Origin: Candidatus Bathyarchaeum tardum
GTDB lineage: Archaea > Thermoproteota > Bathyarchaeia > Bathyarchaeales > Bathyarchaeaceae
Length of the DNA stretch: 64,000 nt
Assembly (NCBI GenBank): GCA_024650005.2
Contig: CP122380.1
Coordinates: 1,856,001 to 1,920,000 of the forward strand
Direction: 5' to 3'
The first letter of the stretch is position 1. Each line of letters opens with the position of its first letter. The notes beneath the pieces are model-generated. The model was not told the origin of the DNA. It saw nothing but the letters and a program-made list of their open reading frames with translations, and made no database searches. This document shows, piece by piece, positions 1 through 9,934 of this stretch. The position numbers were made by a program, and so were the translations under genes.

Positions 1-120
1 AAGAAGGGACAAACAGTAGTAACCGTTCTACCTGACAGCCAAGACAGATACGCAAGTCTAGGATTTTTCAGCAATAAAAACGCAAAAGAAATCCATGTTC
101 CAAAAACATTTGCACCGTAA
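1..120 (+). CDS. C-terminal end of a PLP-dependent cysteine synthase family protein (partial, begins before the window)
   Basis: Frame +1 reads KKGQTVVTVLPDSQDRYASLGFF...*, resembling the V(V/T)xLPDxGERYLS C-terminus of CysK/CysM. Confidence 0.6.
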   Translation, partial: KKGQTVVTVLPDSQDRYASLGFFSNKNAKEIHVPKTFAP

Positions 121-171
121 AGGGACAGGTTTTTAGTCAGAGACAACAGTCATATCACTGTAGTGTAATTT

Positions 172-780
172 ATGCCAGAGAAGTACATAGTGTTCGCAGG
201 GCGACCTAATGCAGGTAAAAGCAGCATAATCAACGAATTAACAGGTTTGAATCTAATTACAGGAAAACACGCAGGAACAACACGCAAAGTTTCGTATTAC
301 CCTCTAAACAATGGATTAGTTCTTGTAGACCTGCCAGGCTTGGGAAAAATGGTGGGGGTTTCCAAAAAATATGAAGAAAAAGTAAACAGACGAATAATCC
401 ATTTTTTGAACGATAACAAAGACAAGATTATACTGGCGATTTTAGTTTTGGACATATCCACCTTCATCGAAGTTACATGGCGCTTAGAAAAAAAGGGAAT
501 AATGTCAGTAGACGTTGAAATGGTGAAGTTTTTAGAAGAAAAAATAGGCGAGTTCCCCTTAGTTGCAGCTAATAAAATTGACAAAACAAAAAAAGATGAA
601 CTAGAAGCAAATCTGAGTGATTTCATTAACAGAATCAGCGATGGCGACCCAACCAAAGTAAAAGACCGAATATTTCCAATCAGTGCAAAAAATGGAAAAG
701 GTATAGGAGAACTGAAAAATACAATTCACACAATCTTGGTTGACAAGGGCTACAAAAATCCGTTAAAAATTCAAAAATGA
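172..780 (+). CDS. engB: GTP-binding protein EngB/YihA family
   Basis: G1 GRPNAGKSS, G2 GTT, G3 DLPG, G4 NKID, G5 ISA. Confidence 0.85.
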   Translation: MPEKYIVFAGRPNAGKSSIINELTGLNLITGKHAGTTRKVSYYPLNNGLVLVDLPGLGKMVGVSKKYEEKVNRRIIHFLNDNKDKIILAILVLDISTFIEVTWRLEKKGIMSVDVEMVKFLEEKIGEFPLVAANKIDKTKKDELEANLSDFINRISDGDPTKVKDRIFPISAKNGKGIGELKNTIHTILVDKGYKNPLKIQK

Positions 781-782
781 CG

Positions 783-1202
783 TTAATCGTCTTTTTTCAT
801 GTCAAGAACTAATTTTATTGCGATTATTACAGCAACTGGAACAGTAAAAGCGATGACATATGTTTGAATGGCGTAAGCCCAAAAGAACAACAAAGGACTA
901 AGATACCATAATCCTGTCCATATGTTCGCTCCAGACGCAATAAGTAAAGCAATAGTAGCAAACAGGAAACTTTTCAGTTTTTTTCGGGTAATAGTCATAA
1001 GACCCATAACTGTGCCCAACAACAGCATAGAAAACAGAGCGAAACCATGGTTTGTTTGAATGTTTTCAAACCAATCAAGAGGAGGATCAGCAGGTGATAA
1101 CAAATACGAATCATATGCAGAGTACCCAAGAATAAAACCTACAAGTATAGCAACCAAAACAAAGGCGATAAAGACCCAGCGGGCAATTTCTTGGATTTTC
1201 AT
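783..1202 (-). CDS. Hypothetical membrane protein (about 4 TM segments)
   Basis: 139 aa, four hydrophobic stretches, coding-like composition. Confidence 0.6.
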   Translation of the reverse strand: MKIQEIARWVFIAFVLVAILVGFILGYSAYDSYLLSPADPPLDWFENIQTNHGFALFSMLLLGTVMGLMTITRKKLKSFLFATIALLIASGANIWTGLWYLSPLLFFWAYAIQTYVIAFTVPVAVIIAIKLVLDMKKDD

Positions 1203-1310
1203 TTTACATTCCTTTAAACGGCAAGTATGCTTACTGACCCATTATAAAATTTGTGGGATCAATAAACAAAAAAGGAGATTCTAACGTTAATTAGAACCAG
1301 TTTTTTGAAG

Positions 1311-2531
1311 CTATTCCCATATATCCAATGCAAGTTGTAATTCTTTGTGAGCTTTGGCGTAATCCTTCAATGAAATGCCCTGCAGTGTTGCATCAACTGC
1401 TTGTCGTAATGCAACGGCACCAGAAACTGTTCCTTTAGGATGCCCATGGATTCCCCCTCCGGCTTGAATTACAAAATCTTTCCCGAAAAACTTTATCAAA
1501 GCAGGAACCAAACTTGGATACAATCCACCAGACGCAACAGGTAACACATTGTTTAATCCATGCATATCGGTTTTGAGGGCTTCACAATTTTCTGCAACTT
1601 CTTCTTTGGTTTCAGACATTTTGCCCACAACTGTACCAACATGAAGCTGGTCAACTCCAATAATTCTTGTGACTTTTGCGATAACCTGCATGGATATTCC
1701 ATGTTTTGTATTCTTTGTAAACGCAGAGTGCCCAGCCCGATGAGCATGAATAACTAGCCCAAAATCGTGGTCTCTTATTGTTTGTAATGCAGAAAAACCA
1801 CAAGTTAGAATGTCGACCATAAGGTATCTTCCACCGTGGTCTTTAACAAATTGGGCTCGTTTGAGCATTTCTTGGGTTTCTGAAGTTATGTTTATCATGT
1901 AAACTTTCTTTTCACCAGTTTCAGACTCAGCGCGATCCCGCATCTCAAGAGTTTTAACAACACGGTCCTCAAAAGGATTGAAACTTTGACTGCTCAAGTT
2001 TTCGTCATCTTTTACTACATCACAGCCACCAATCCAAGCGTTGAACGCAATTTCGGCGTGGTCTTTAGTTTTTAGTCCCAGTTTTGGTTTGATAATTGTT
2101 CCAACCAGGGGACGGTCATTTACTCCTAGTAAGTTACGGATCCCGTCTATTCCATGCTTTGGACCTTTGAAACTTTGAACAAGGTCTTTAGGTAAGCTGA
2201 TGTCATTAAGTCGCAGATTTTTTAGCGCACGTAATCCAAAAACATTGCCAGCTACGCTACTCAAAATATTAGGCATGTTACCTTTTTCGAAAAGTTCAAT
2301 GGGATATGCTATTCGAATGTTGTTTCCTTCAATTTTGAATACAGTGGCAGCAAGTTTTTCCACGTAAGGTTTTATTGTAGTAAGCTCAGTCCATGTTCCC
2401 ACGGAACTTTCTGCTGCAACTCCTCCAGCAGCTTCTTTTAAAGTGATGCCTTCGGGTTCAACATAAAAATCACAAAGAAGGTCAGTTGGTTTTGGTGTAT
2501 AAGACTGGTTAACAAAATCTACATATTTCAA
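1311..2531 (-). CDS. rbcL: Form III ribulose-1,5-bisphosphate carboxylase
   Basis: AAESSVGTWT, GTIIKPKLG, KDDENL, HAHRAGH, SGG and GGGIHGHP motifs; divergent from AMP phosphorylase. Confidence 0.95.
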   Translation of the reverse strand: MKYVDFVNQSYTPKPTDLLCDFYVEPEGITLKEAAGGVAAESSVGTWTELTTIKPYVEKLAATVFKIEGNNIRIAYPIELFEKGNMPNILSSVAGNVFGLRALKNLRLNDISLPKDLVQSFKGPKHGIDGIRNLLGVNDRPLVGTIIKPKLGLKTKDHAEIAFNAWIGGCDVVKDDENLSSQSFNPFEDRVVKTLEMRDRAESETGEKKVYMINITSETQEMLKRAQFVKDHGGRYLMVDILTCGFSALQTIRDHDFGLVIHAHRAGHSAFTKNTKHGISMQVIAKVTRIIGVDQLHVGTVVGKMSETKEEVAENCEALKTDMHGLNNVLPVASGGLYPSLVPALIKFFGKDFVIQAGGGIHGHPKGTVSGAVALRQAVDATLQGISLKDYAKAHKELQLALDIWE

Positions 2532-2607
2532 AGCTAATCAATAACCCCTAATATTCAACTAATATTATAGTAAGAACATACTATTAGATTAATTGTTGTG
2601 AAAATTC

Positions 2608-4155
2608 ATGGAATTCAAGGTTAAGCTTTTAGACATACGAGCTGGAGAAAAACAAATCATAGTTATTGACGATGAATACGCTAGCCGCATGGGAATTCAT
2701 TCTTCTGACCGCGTAAAAATCACATACAAAAACAAGAAAACAATCGCCATTGCTAACGTGGCCACAAATTTTCCTGAAAAAACAGTTGGAATATATGAAG
2801 AAGTTCAAGAAAAACTCAAAATTAAAGAAAATGAAACAGTAACAATAAAACCAGCTGAAAGACCAGAATCCCTTGGATTTATCCGAAAAAAAATCATGGG
2901 ACGTAAACTACGTCATGAAGAAATCAAGAGCATAATCGTGGATGTTGTAGAAAGGCATCTTAGTGATGTGGAATTAGCTTCTTTTGTTACCAGCCTGCAC
3001 ATTCGTGGAAGCAGCATAGAAGAAATAGAAGGCTTAACAAAAGCCATGATAGAAACTGGAAAAACAATAAATTTTGGAAAAACTCCGATCCTTGATAAGC
3101 ACAGCATAGGTGGAGTCCCAGGAGATAAAACCACCATTTTAGTTGTGCCAATAGTTGCTGCTGCAGGTTTTACTATTCCTAAAACTTCATCACGGGCAAT
3201 TACTTCCCCTGCAGGCACAGCAGACAGGGTTGAAGTTTTGTGTCCAGTCGATTTATCCTTTGAAGAAATGCGAGTAGTAGTAAAAAAAACAAATGCTTGT
3301 TTAGCATGGGGAGGTTCCCTTGATCTTGCTCCAGCAGACGATTTATTGATTCAAGTTGAATATCCTTTGTCCATTGATCCGTTGCTTTTGCCTTCGATTC
3401 TAAGTAAAAAAAAGGCAATAGGGGCAGAATACCTTGTTATCGATATTCCTACAGGGCGGGGAGCAAAAATCAAAACTATCGGAGAAGCTCAAGAGTTAGC
3501 TCAAGATTTCATCGAACTTGGAAAAAGGCTGGGAATACATATACAATGTGGAGTAACCTTTGGAGAGCAACCAATCGGACATGCGATAGGTCCAGCTCTG
3601 GAGGCTCGAGAGGCACTTTTGGCGTTAATGAATAAGGGTCCATTAGATTTGGTGAACAAGGCTTCCAGTTTAGCAGGACTGCTTTTTGAGATGATGGGAA
3701 TCGAAGATGGATTGCAAAAAGCAAAAGAAATCATCGAATCAGGCAAAGCCGAAAAGAAACTTCGAGAAATCATTGCAGTTCAAGGCGGTGACCCCAAAGT
3801 TCAACCTGAAGATATTCAAATAGGGAAGGAAGTTACCGAAATTTATTCTAAAGAAGCAGGAACAATTCAGTGGATAAACAACAGATACATTGCACAAATT
3901 GCACGAGAAGCAGGAGCACCAAAAACGAAATCTGCAGGAGTTTTGCTCAATAAAAAGTTAGGAGACAAAGTTAAAGCCGGAGAGGTTTTATTCAGGATTT
4001 ATTCTGGAAGCAAACAAAAGTTGAATACTGCTGTTAGATTATCAAATAGACTTGAAACCTTTGGCATAACTGAAAAGTTCGGTGAAAAAATGCTTATTGA
4101 CCGCATTCCAACAGAGAAAGTTTCGTTTGAAAAACCGTTTGTTCTAGAAAGATAG
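2608..4155 (+). CDS. AMP phosphorylase (thymidine phosphorylase family, archaeal AMPpase)
   Basis: DKHSIGGVPGDKT and KTSSRAITSPAGTAD motifs, N-terminal barrel extension, 515 aa. Confidence 0.93.
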   Translation: MEFKVKLLDIRAGEKQIIVIDDEYASRMGIHSSDRVKITYKNKKTIAIANVATNFPEKTVGIYEEVQEKLKIKENETVTIKPAERPESLGFIRKKIMGRKLRHEEIKSIIVDVVERHLSDVELASFVTSLHIRGSSIEEIEGLTKAMIETGKTINFGKTPILDKHSIGGVPGDKTTILVVPIVAAAGFTIPKTSSRAITSPAGTADRVEVLCPVDLSFEEMRVVVKKTNACLAWGGSLDLAPADDLLIQVEYPLSIDPLLLPSILSKKKAIGAEYLVIDIPTGRGAKIKTIGEAQELAQDFIELGKRLGIHIQCGVTFGEQPIGHAIGPALEAREALLALMNKGPLDLVNKASSLAGLLFEMMGIEDGLQKAKEIIESGKAEKKLREIIAVQGGDPKVQPEDIQIGKEVTEIYSKEAGTIQWINNRYIAQIAREAGAPKTKSAGVLLNKKLGDKVKAGEVLFRIYSGSKQKLNTAVRLSNRLETFGITEKFGEKMLIDRIPTEKVSFEKPFVLER

Positions 4156-4157
4156 CA

Positions 4158-4826
4158 GTGACTTCAATGGCAAAAGCGGTTATCTTTGACTGGGATGGAA
4201 CCCTTGCTGACACACGAAAAGCAGTGGTTCAATCGTTTCAGACGGTTTTAACAAAAACAGGATGTAAAGTCAGTAACGAATTTATAGAACGACTCATGGG
4301 TGTTGGAACAAAAAAGACAATCATTGAAGCATTCAAAAAATGCAATATGAGAATTAACGTTGAGACTTTGGATAATCTTTCTAAAGAGAAAGTCAAAATA
4401 CAAGCAGAACTAGCAGATTTTGTCCAAGTTTTTGATGGAGCTATAGAACTTTTAGATGATCTCGCATCAAAAACAAAACTAGCTGTAGCAACAATGAGTG
4501 GGAGAAAAGTAATAGACAAAGTTCTTGCTGAAAAAAAAATTGATTCATACTTTGAAGCAGTTATTTCAGCAGATGATGTTAACAACCCGAAACCAAATCC
4601 AGAGATTTTCCTTAAAACTGCCAAAATCTTAGGGGTTCTTCCTATAGATTGTGTTGTTGTTGAAGATTCGATTTTTGGAGTAAAAGCTGCAAAAAATGCA
4701 AATATGAAGTGCATAGCAGTTTCTTCAGGAGTATATTCAAAAAATGAACTTCTAGAAGAAAATCCTGATCTTTTGGTTGATGGGATTTGGGAAAAAGATA
4801 GAATTTTAAAGTTTATTTTCTCATAG
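4158..4826 (+). CDS. HAD-superfamily phosphatase (beta-PGM/CbbY/Gph-like)
   Basis: FDWDGTL motif I, KPNPE motif III, EDS motif IV; follows AMPpase after 2 nt. Confidence 0.85.
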   Translation: MTSMAKAVIFDWDGTLADTRKAVVQSFQTVLTKTGCKVSNEFIERLMGVGTKKTIIEAFKKCNMRINVETLDNLSKEKVKIQAELADFVQVFDGAIELLDDLASKTKLAVATMSGRKVIDKVLAEKKIDSYFEAVISADDVNNPKPNPEIFLKTAKILGVLPIDCVVVEDSIFGVKAAKNANMKCIAVSSGVYSKNELLEENPDLLVDGIWEKDRILKFIFS

Positions 4827-4925
4827 AAGCGCCAGAATTCAAAACAAGAAAACTGTCTTGTTTATTTTTTTAACAATATGACATACGTCATTCTTATATA
4901 GGGTTAAGATTGAACATATATTCAG

Positions 4926-5363
4926 GTGTACCAGAGAATGCTTCCCTGTGAGGTTGCCGTAAAATCAGTTATTCCAGCAATTCGGTCAGCAATCGCAAGA
5001 GAGCTCATTCAAGTTCACAATCTTAAACAAAAAGATGTGGCGGAACTCTTAGGCATAACCCAGACAGCGGTGAGTAAATACACCCGTTTCTACCGAGGCA
5101 CAGTCATTGAAGTGCAAAGAATTGAAGAAGCAAACATGGTTTTGCAAGAAACAGTTTTTTCATTAGCTAATGGTGACATGGACAAATATGAATTAGCAGA
5201 AAAACTTTGCACCATGTGCGCAATAATTCGAGAAAAAGGTGTCATGTGTGAACTTTGCTCGTTATCAGACCCAGACATAAACAACAAAAAATGTATTGTC
5301 TGTTGCCCAACAGGAGAAAACACTAAAACAAGAAATCCTAAAAAAGAAAAAAGGGAAAACTAA
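4926..5363 (+). CDS. HTH transcriptional regulator with Cys-rich C-terminus (COG2522-like)
   Basis: PCE...PAIRS..A..L and LKQKDVAELLGITQTAVSKY HTH; several CxxC motifs at the C-terminus. Confidence 0.8.
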   Translation: MYQRMLPCEVAVKSVIPAIRSAIARELIQVHNLKQKDVAELLGITQTAVSKYTRFYRGTVIEVQRIEEANMVLQETVFSLANGDMDKYELAEKLCTMCAIIREKGVMCELCSLSDPDINNKKCIVCCPTGENTKTRNPKKEKREN

Positions 5364-5407
5364 AAGGCAACTATTTTTCCACAAAAGCAACTTGCTTTTG
5401 AGGTAGT

Positions 5408-6310
5408 TTAGTTTTCAGTTTTCTTTGAAGTTGTCTTTTTTGCAGTCTTTTTCGTTTTAGTTTCTGCAACAGTTTTAGTTACTTTTGTTGTAGCTTCTTT
5501 GTTTTCTGGTTTCTTTTCTTCTGCTTTTGCTTTAGGTGCCGTTTTCTTTACAGTTTCAGCTTCAGGTTTCTGTGCAGTTTTCTTGGCAGCAGGTTTCGTT
5601 TTAGGCTCTTCAGTTTTTTCTGCACCAGGTTTAGTGAAAGATTCTACAAACTCCACAGTAATAATTTCTGGAACAAAACGTTGAATGTCCAAAGCGATGC
5701 CCCGTTTTGCTAGTTGGACTCCTTCAACATAGAAGGATTCATCAGGCATTTTCACACTGACACTTGTTTTTGAGATGTTCAAGCCGAACTTGGAAACATC
5801 CACTGCGGGTATTCGACGATGAACTAAAGCAGCAATTTTTTCTTCGTTAGTTTTTAGTTGTTTTTGGATGTTAACTTCGTAAACGAGGGTTTTTCCAGCC
5901 AGAGGTGGGTTAAAATCCAATGTTACTCGTCCAGAGCCAACTGTTCGAACAGTTGCGGGTCTTTTGTCGTACTCGATTTGAGCACCTAACTGGGGGGTTA
6001 TTCCACGGGCAGCTAGTCTTTTGAAGGGAACAAATTTGATTTTTTCGGGGTCACGATTTCCAAATGCATCTTCGGGGGGAATTTCTAGTGATTCATCTTT
6101 GTTCAGTTTAAATGTTTGAAGGGCGTCATCCAGGGCTTTTAGTACCCAACCTTCGCCAACCACTACTAGTCGTGGTTCGTAAATGTCACCTTCTTGATAG
6201 AGTTTGTTCTCTTTTGCGATTTCTTCAGAAGTTGTGTCGAAAACTTCTCCGGTTTCTTTTACTTTACCTGTATAGTCAACAATAATAAAGTCGCTTTTCT
6301 GAATTGCCAC
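5408..6310 (-). CDS. Long-type archaeal FKBP peptidyl-prolyl cis-trans isomerase with Lys-rich tail
   Basis: YTG...FDTT, PPEDAFG and DFNPPLAGKTL motifs; probable GTG start at 6310 (ORF track starts 6367). Confidence 0.88.
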   Translation of the reverse strand: MAIQKSDFIIVDYTGKVKETGEVFDTTSEEIAKENKLYQEGDIYEPRLVVVGEGWVLKALDDALQTFKLNKDESLEIPPEDAFGNRDPEKIKFVPFKRLAARGITPQLGAQIEYDKRPATVRTVGSGRVTLDFNPPLAGKTLVYEVNIQKQLKTNEEKIAALVHRRIPAVDVSKFGLNISKTSVSVKMPDESFYVEGVQLAKRGIALDIQRFVPEIITVEFVESFTKPGAEKTEEPKTKPAAKKTAQKPEAETVKKTAPKAKAEEKKPENKEATTKVTKTVAETKTKKTAKKTTSKKTEN

Positions 6311-6581
6311 ACATATCCGTCCTTTAATTACTAGCCTTATCTGCTGATTTTTAGCCGCCAACACCATTCATAAATGTTACGTATGCAGACCATCAGCCCA
6401 ACAACAAATCCAACAACGTAAAGAAGATAACGATACAAATAATGGCACCAAAAAACGCAACAATTGCTCGATATAAATATTAAAATCATATTTTCTGCTA
6501 GAAAAGTAGGATAATAAAAAAGAAAAAAGAAATGTTAGGGATTTGAAAAAAGGGGTTATTCGAAAGCTAATTTTTAGTCAG

Positions 6582-8276
6582 TTATTCGATGGTTAGTTCA
6601 TCGTCGTCGTCTGCTATTTCTTCGATTATCTCTTCTTCAATGATTTCTTCATCAATAAGGTCAGCGTCTTCTTCAAAGTCTTCGTCGTCTTCAGAGATGA
6701 TTTCAACAGATTCTTCTTCAATTTCGATTTCTTCTGCGGGTACTTGAGGAACTGCTTCAATTGGAGTTATTTCTTCAGTGACAGGTATTTTAGGGGTTGC
6801 TACTGGAATTTCTTCAACTGTTTCGTCTAGCTCTTTAGTTAGGGATAGTTCTACTGCATCTTCAGTTTCAACTTCGTCAATTGCTGATTCAACTTCCATT
6901 GTTTCTTCAACTGGAGCTTCAAGTTCTAGTGATGCTTCAGGAACTGCTTCTTCAACTACAGCTTCAGGAACTTCAACAGAAGGAGCAACAGCTTCCTCTT
7001 CAAAAGTTTCCTCAACCAGAACTTCAGGAGCTTCAGCTTCAACTTCAGGAGCCTCAACTGGCAAATCCATCACTTCTTCAACAGGAGCTTCTACAGGAAC
7101 TTCAACTGGAACTTCAGCAACAGGTTCAACAGAAGCCTCAACAGACGCTTCAACAGGCAGCTCAGCAGTTTCAACTGGAGCTTCATATTCAACAGATGTT
7201 TCAGGAACTGCTTCTTCAACTACAGCTTCAGGAACTTCAACAGAAGGAGCAACAGCTTCCTCTTCAAAAGTTTCCTCAACCAGAACTTCAGGAGCTTCAG
7301 CTTCAACTTCAGGAGCCTCAACTGGCAAATCCATCACTTCTTCAACAGGAGCTTCTACAGGAACTTCAACTGGAACTTCAGCAACAGGTTCAACAGAAGC
7401 CTCAACAGACGCTTCAACAGGCAGCTCAGTTGGAATTTCAACTGGTACTTCAAAGGTTTCTTCTTCGTCTGGAAGATCAACAGAAGGAGCAAAAATATCA
7501 TCAATCAGAGTTTCTTCAGGGGTTTCAACTATTGCATCCATTGGAGTTTCAAAAGCGTCTGCGACTGGTGTTTCAATTGGACTTTGAATTTCTTCGATTG
7601 GAGCAGTAACTGGAACTTCAAAGGGTGAAACTGGTTCAGATGTAAAAGCTGCAACTGGAGCTTCAAGGGAAGGAGTAAATGTTTCTTCAACTGGAGTTTC
7701 AGGAGCCTCTACAGGGGCTTCAACATCGGGTGCCTCATCAACCGGTTCAACTGGTGCTTCAATTGGAGCCATAACAGAAACTTCTGGAACAGTAACAGGC
7801 ATCTCGATTGGTTCTTCTACCACTGGAGTGCCTAATTGAACTGGTTCAACCGTTTCTGGTTCAACTGAAATGGATGGTGCTTCTTCTTCAGGGATAATCG
7901 TGTTTACTGCTTCTTTGAGGAAAACCAACTGTTTTTTCAAGGAGTAAAGTCCGTTTGAAAAAGCAATAATTTCGTTAGCGTGTACTTCATCGTCGATTTC
8001 TCCAGCGGCGTATTGAATTTCAGAGTTTGCAAGAAATATTTCCAATGTGCCAATTTGGTTTTCTAGTTCTTCAACTTTTGAAGATAAATTGTCGGCAAGA
8101 AGTTTTTGTCGCATCTCAATATCGGAGATGATGGTTGACAGTTCATTTTCAAGGGAATCGTACGTAGAAACCGAAATTTTGCCTGAATTGTAAAGAGCAT
8201 CAAGGGCTTGCTTCTTTTTCTTAGCTAATTCCAAATCCGTGCTTATTTTCTCGAAAGAGTACTTCCATGAGATCAA
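6582..8276 (-). CDS. CdvA-like coiled-coil protein with a long acidic P/E/V/A-rich tail
   Basis: N-terminal ~125 aa (KKKQALDALYNSGKIS..TY, EIQYAAGEIDDE) resemble the CdvA coiled-coil region; remainder is low complexity. Confidence 0.65.
   Translation of the reverse strand: MISWKYSFEKISTDLELAKKKKQALDALYNSGKISVSTYDSLENELSTIISDIEMRQKLLADNLSSKVEELENQIGTLEIFLANSEIQYAAGEIDDEVHANEIIAFSNGLYSLKKQLVFLKEAVNTIIPEEEAPSISVEPETVEPVQLGTPVVEEPIEMPVTVPEVSVMAPIEAPVEPVDEAPDVEAPVEAPETPVEETFTPSLEAPVAAFTSEPVSPFEVPVTAPIEEIQSPIETPVADAFETPMDAIVETPEETLIDDIFAPSVDLPDEEETFEVPVEIPTELPVEASVEASVEPVAEVPVEVPVEAPVEEVMDLPVEAPEVEAEAPEVLVEETFEEEAVAPSVEVPEAVVEEAVPETSVEYEAPVETAELPVEASVEASVEPVAEVPVEVPVEAPVEEVMDLPVEAPEVEAEAPEVLVEETFEEEAVAPSVEVPEAVVEEAVPEASLELEAPVEETMEVESAIDEVETEDAVELSLTKELDETVEEIPVATPKIPVTEEITPIEAVPQVPAEEIEIEEESVEIISEDDEDFEEDADLIDEEIIEEEIIEEIADDDDELTIE
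6936..7429. repeat. Intragenic tandem duplication: two identical 230-bp blocks (6936-7165 and 7200-7429), period 264 bp (88 codons)
   Basis: Direct sequence comparison; the protein repeats ELPVEASVEASVEPVAEVP...VEEAVPE. Confidence 0.9.
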
Positions 8277-8697
8277 ATTCTAACACCCAGTCGAAAGCTA
8301 CTATAAAAGACCGAAATAACTGTTGTTAACATGCAGATATATCGGTAACTGTCAAAATAGCCTTCTTTTTGTCAAATAACCTCAAGTGCCTTTTAAACAA
8401 GCATAGATACCATCACATGTACAACATTAATCATTAACACGCTTAACTAAATTTGAGACAGACTTTCTTAGCCATTTTTGCAATAAAATAGAAAAAATTA
8501 GCAGAAAAAATTAATGAAAAAATAAAAAATTAAGAAAAAATCTAAACAAGAAAATGAGCCGCAAATACAAAACGGCAACCGTCATTCATGGCAAATTCAC
8601 CAAATTAGTCAGTTCAAAAACAGTTTACGGGCTTCGTTTCATACCAAAAAGATAGAAATTGGCCATTCAAACGAATTTTCAACAGCTTAAAACCAAA

Positions 8698-9765
8698 CTA
8701 AGGAATTACGCCGGTTATCTTTGCAAGTTTCTCTGCGGAATCGTAATCTAATTCTTTCGCATCCAAAATAGTGTAGCGTTCTGGACGAATGCTACAAGAT
8801 TGTACCAAAGCTTTAACAATAGAATCTGGTTTTACACCAAGCCCTTCAGCAGTGGTTGGGCAACCTGTCTTTTGGAGGGTGCCTTTAATGCCCTTCCAGT
8901 CGATGTCATAAAGATAAGCCATCATTATCGCGCCAACTCCACATTGTTGACCATGTAACCCCCCGTTAGCTTCAACCACATCCAGAGAGTGACTAAACAA
9001 GTGTTCAGAACCACTACATGGTTTGCTGCTTCCAGCAATGCTCATGGCAACTCCACAGCTAATCAGGGCTTCCAAAACAAGTCTAAGACCTTCTTCTGAG
9101 CCCGGTTTGATTAAATCCGCATTTTTTGTAACTAGACGTGCACTCATTAACGCCAAACTTGCTGCATACTCGCCATAATATTCGTTTTTTACTTTGTAAG
9201 CTAATTCCCAGTCTCGAACAGAAGTGAACTTGGATACAAGGTCTCCACATCCACTGGCAGTAAAGCGGTAATCTGAACGAATAATTACGTCAGTGTCAGC
9301 AACTATCGCCATAGGAGACTGTGCCATCACAGAATACGGTTTATCTAAACCTTTCACAGCAGCAACAGGGCTTGAAATACCATCATGTGAAGCATTTGTT
9401 GGCACACTTATGAACGGAAGCTCTTGACGAGTAGAACTTAGTTTTGCCACATCGATCTTTGTTCCGCCACCAACACCAAGAACAATTTCAGGTTTAATTT
9501 CTTTAATGCGTTCTTCAACAGAATTAACTTCTTGCAATGTTGAAGAGTTCACGACAATTAAATCAACATCCATTCCTTTGTCACTAAGCAAATCAATGAC
9601 TTTACGCCCTGCAACATTTTGAGTGTCTGGACCTGTGACTACAAGAGCCGATTCACTAAAGCCTAGTTTCTGGCAAATCTCGCTTAGTAAAAGCAAAGTT
9701 TCGTTTCCAACAACAACTTCACGAGGAAGTTGCATTCGATGTAACTGCATTGTCAACGTAACCAC
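8698..9765 (-). CDS. egsA: sn-glycerol-1-phosphate dehydrogenase
   Basis: GVGGGTKIDVAK, PTNASHDGISSP, SGSEHLFSH and HG motifs. Confidence 0.93.
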   Translation of the reverse strand: MVTLTMQLHRMQLPREVVVGNETLLLLSEICQKLGFSESALVVTGPDTQNVAGRKVIDLLSDKGMDVDLIVVNSSTLQEVNSVEERIKEIKPEIVLGVGGGTKIDVAKLSSTRQELPFISVPTNASHDGISSPVAAVKGLDKPYSVMAQSPMAIVADTDVIIRSDYRFTASGCGDLVSKFTSVRDWELAYKVKNEYYGEYAASLALMSARLVTKNADLIKPGSEEGLRLVLEALISCGVAMSIAGSSKPCSGSEHLFSHSLDVVEANGGLHGQQCGVGAIMMAYLYDIDWKGIKGTLQKTGCPTTAEGLGVKPDSIVKALVQSCSIRPERYTILDAKELDYDSAEKLAKITGVIP

Positions 9766-9934
9766 GGTATGATAAAAGGCTACATATTAAGTTTCAGGGA
9801 TTCAACAAAAAAAGACCGGTCAATTAAAGATTGGGTTTCGAAATGTTTTTAAATACGCCAAAGGAGTATATACACCTCTGACTTCTCCCGAGTCATTTTA
9901 TCAAAATAAAAAACATATTTTCGGGGGCACTAAA

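Noticed and set aside
1311-2531. Calvin-cycle autotrophy
   Set aside because: Form III enzyme linked to AMP phosphorylase, with no phosphoribulokinase or small subunit in the window; nucleotide salvage is the simpler reading
6936-7429. Possible CRISPR array or non-coding repeat
   Set aside because: Two in-frame copies inside a CDS, no repeat-spacer structure, no cas genes; I saw no CRISPR array anywhere in the window
6778-7609. Long Ser/Thr-rich (269 aa) and Gln/Leu-rich (242 aa) plus-strand ORFs
   Set aside because: Antisense shadows of the low-complexity E/V/P/A codons of the CdvA-like gene
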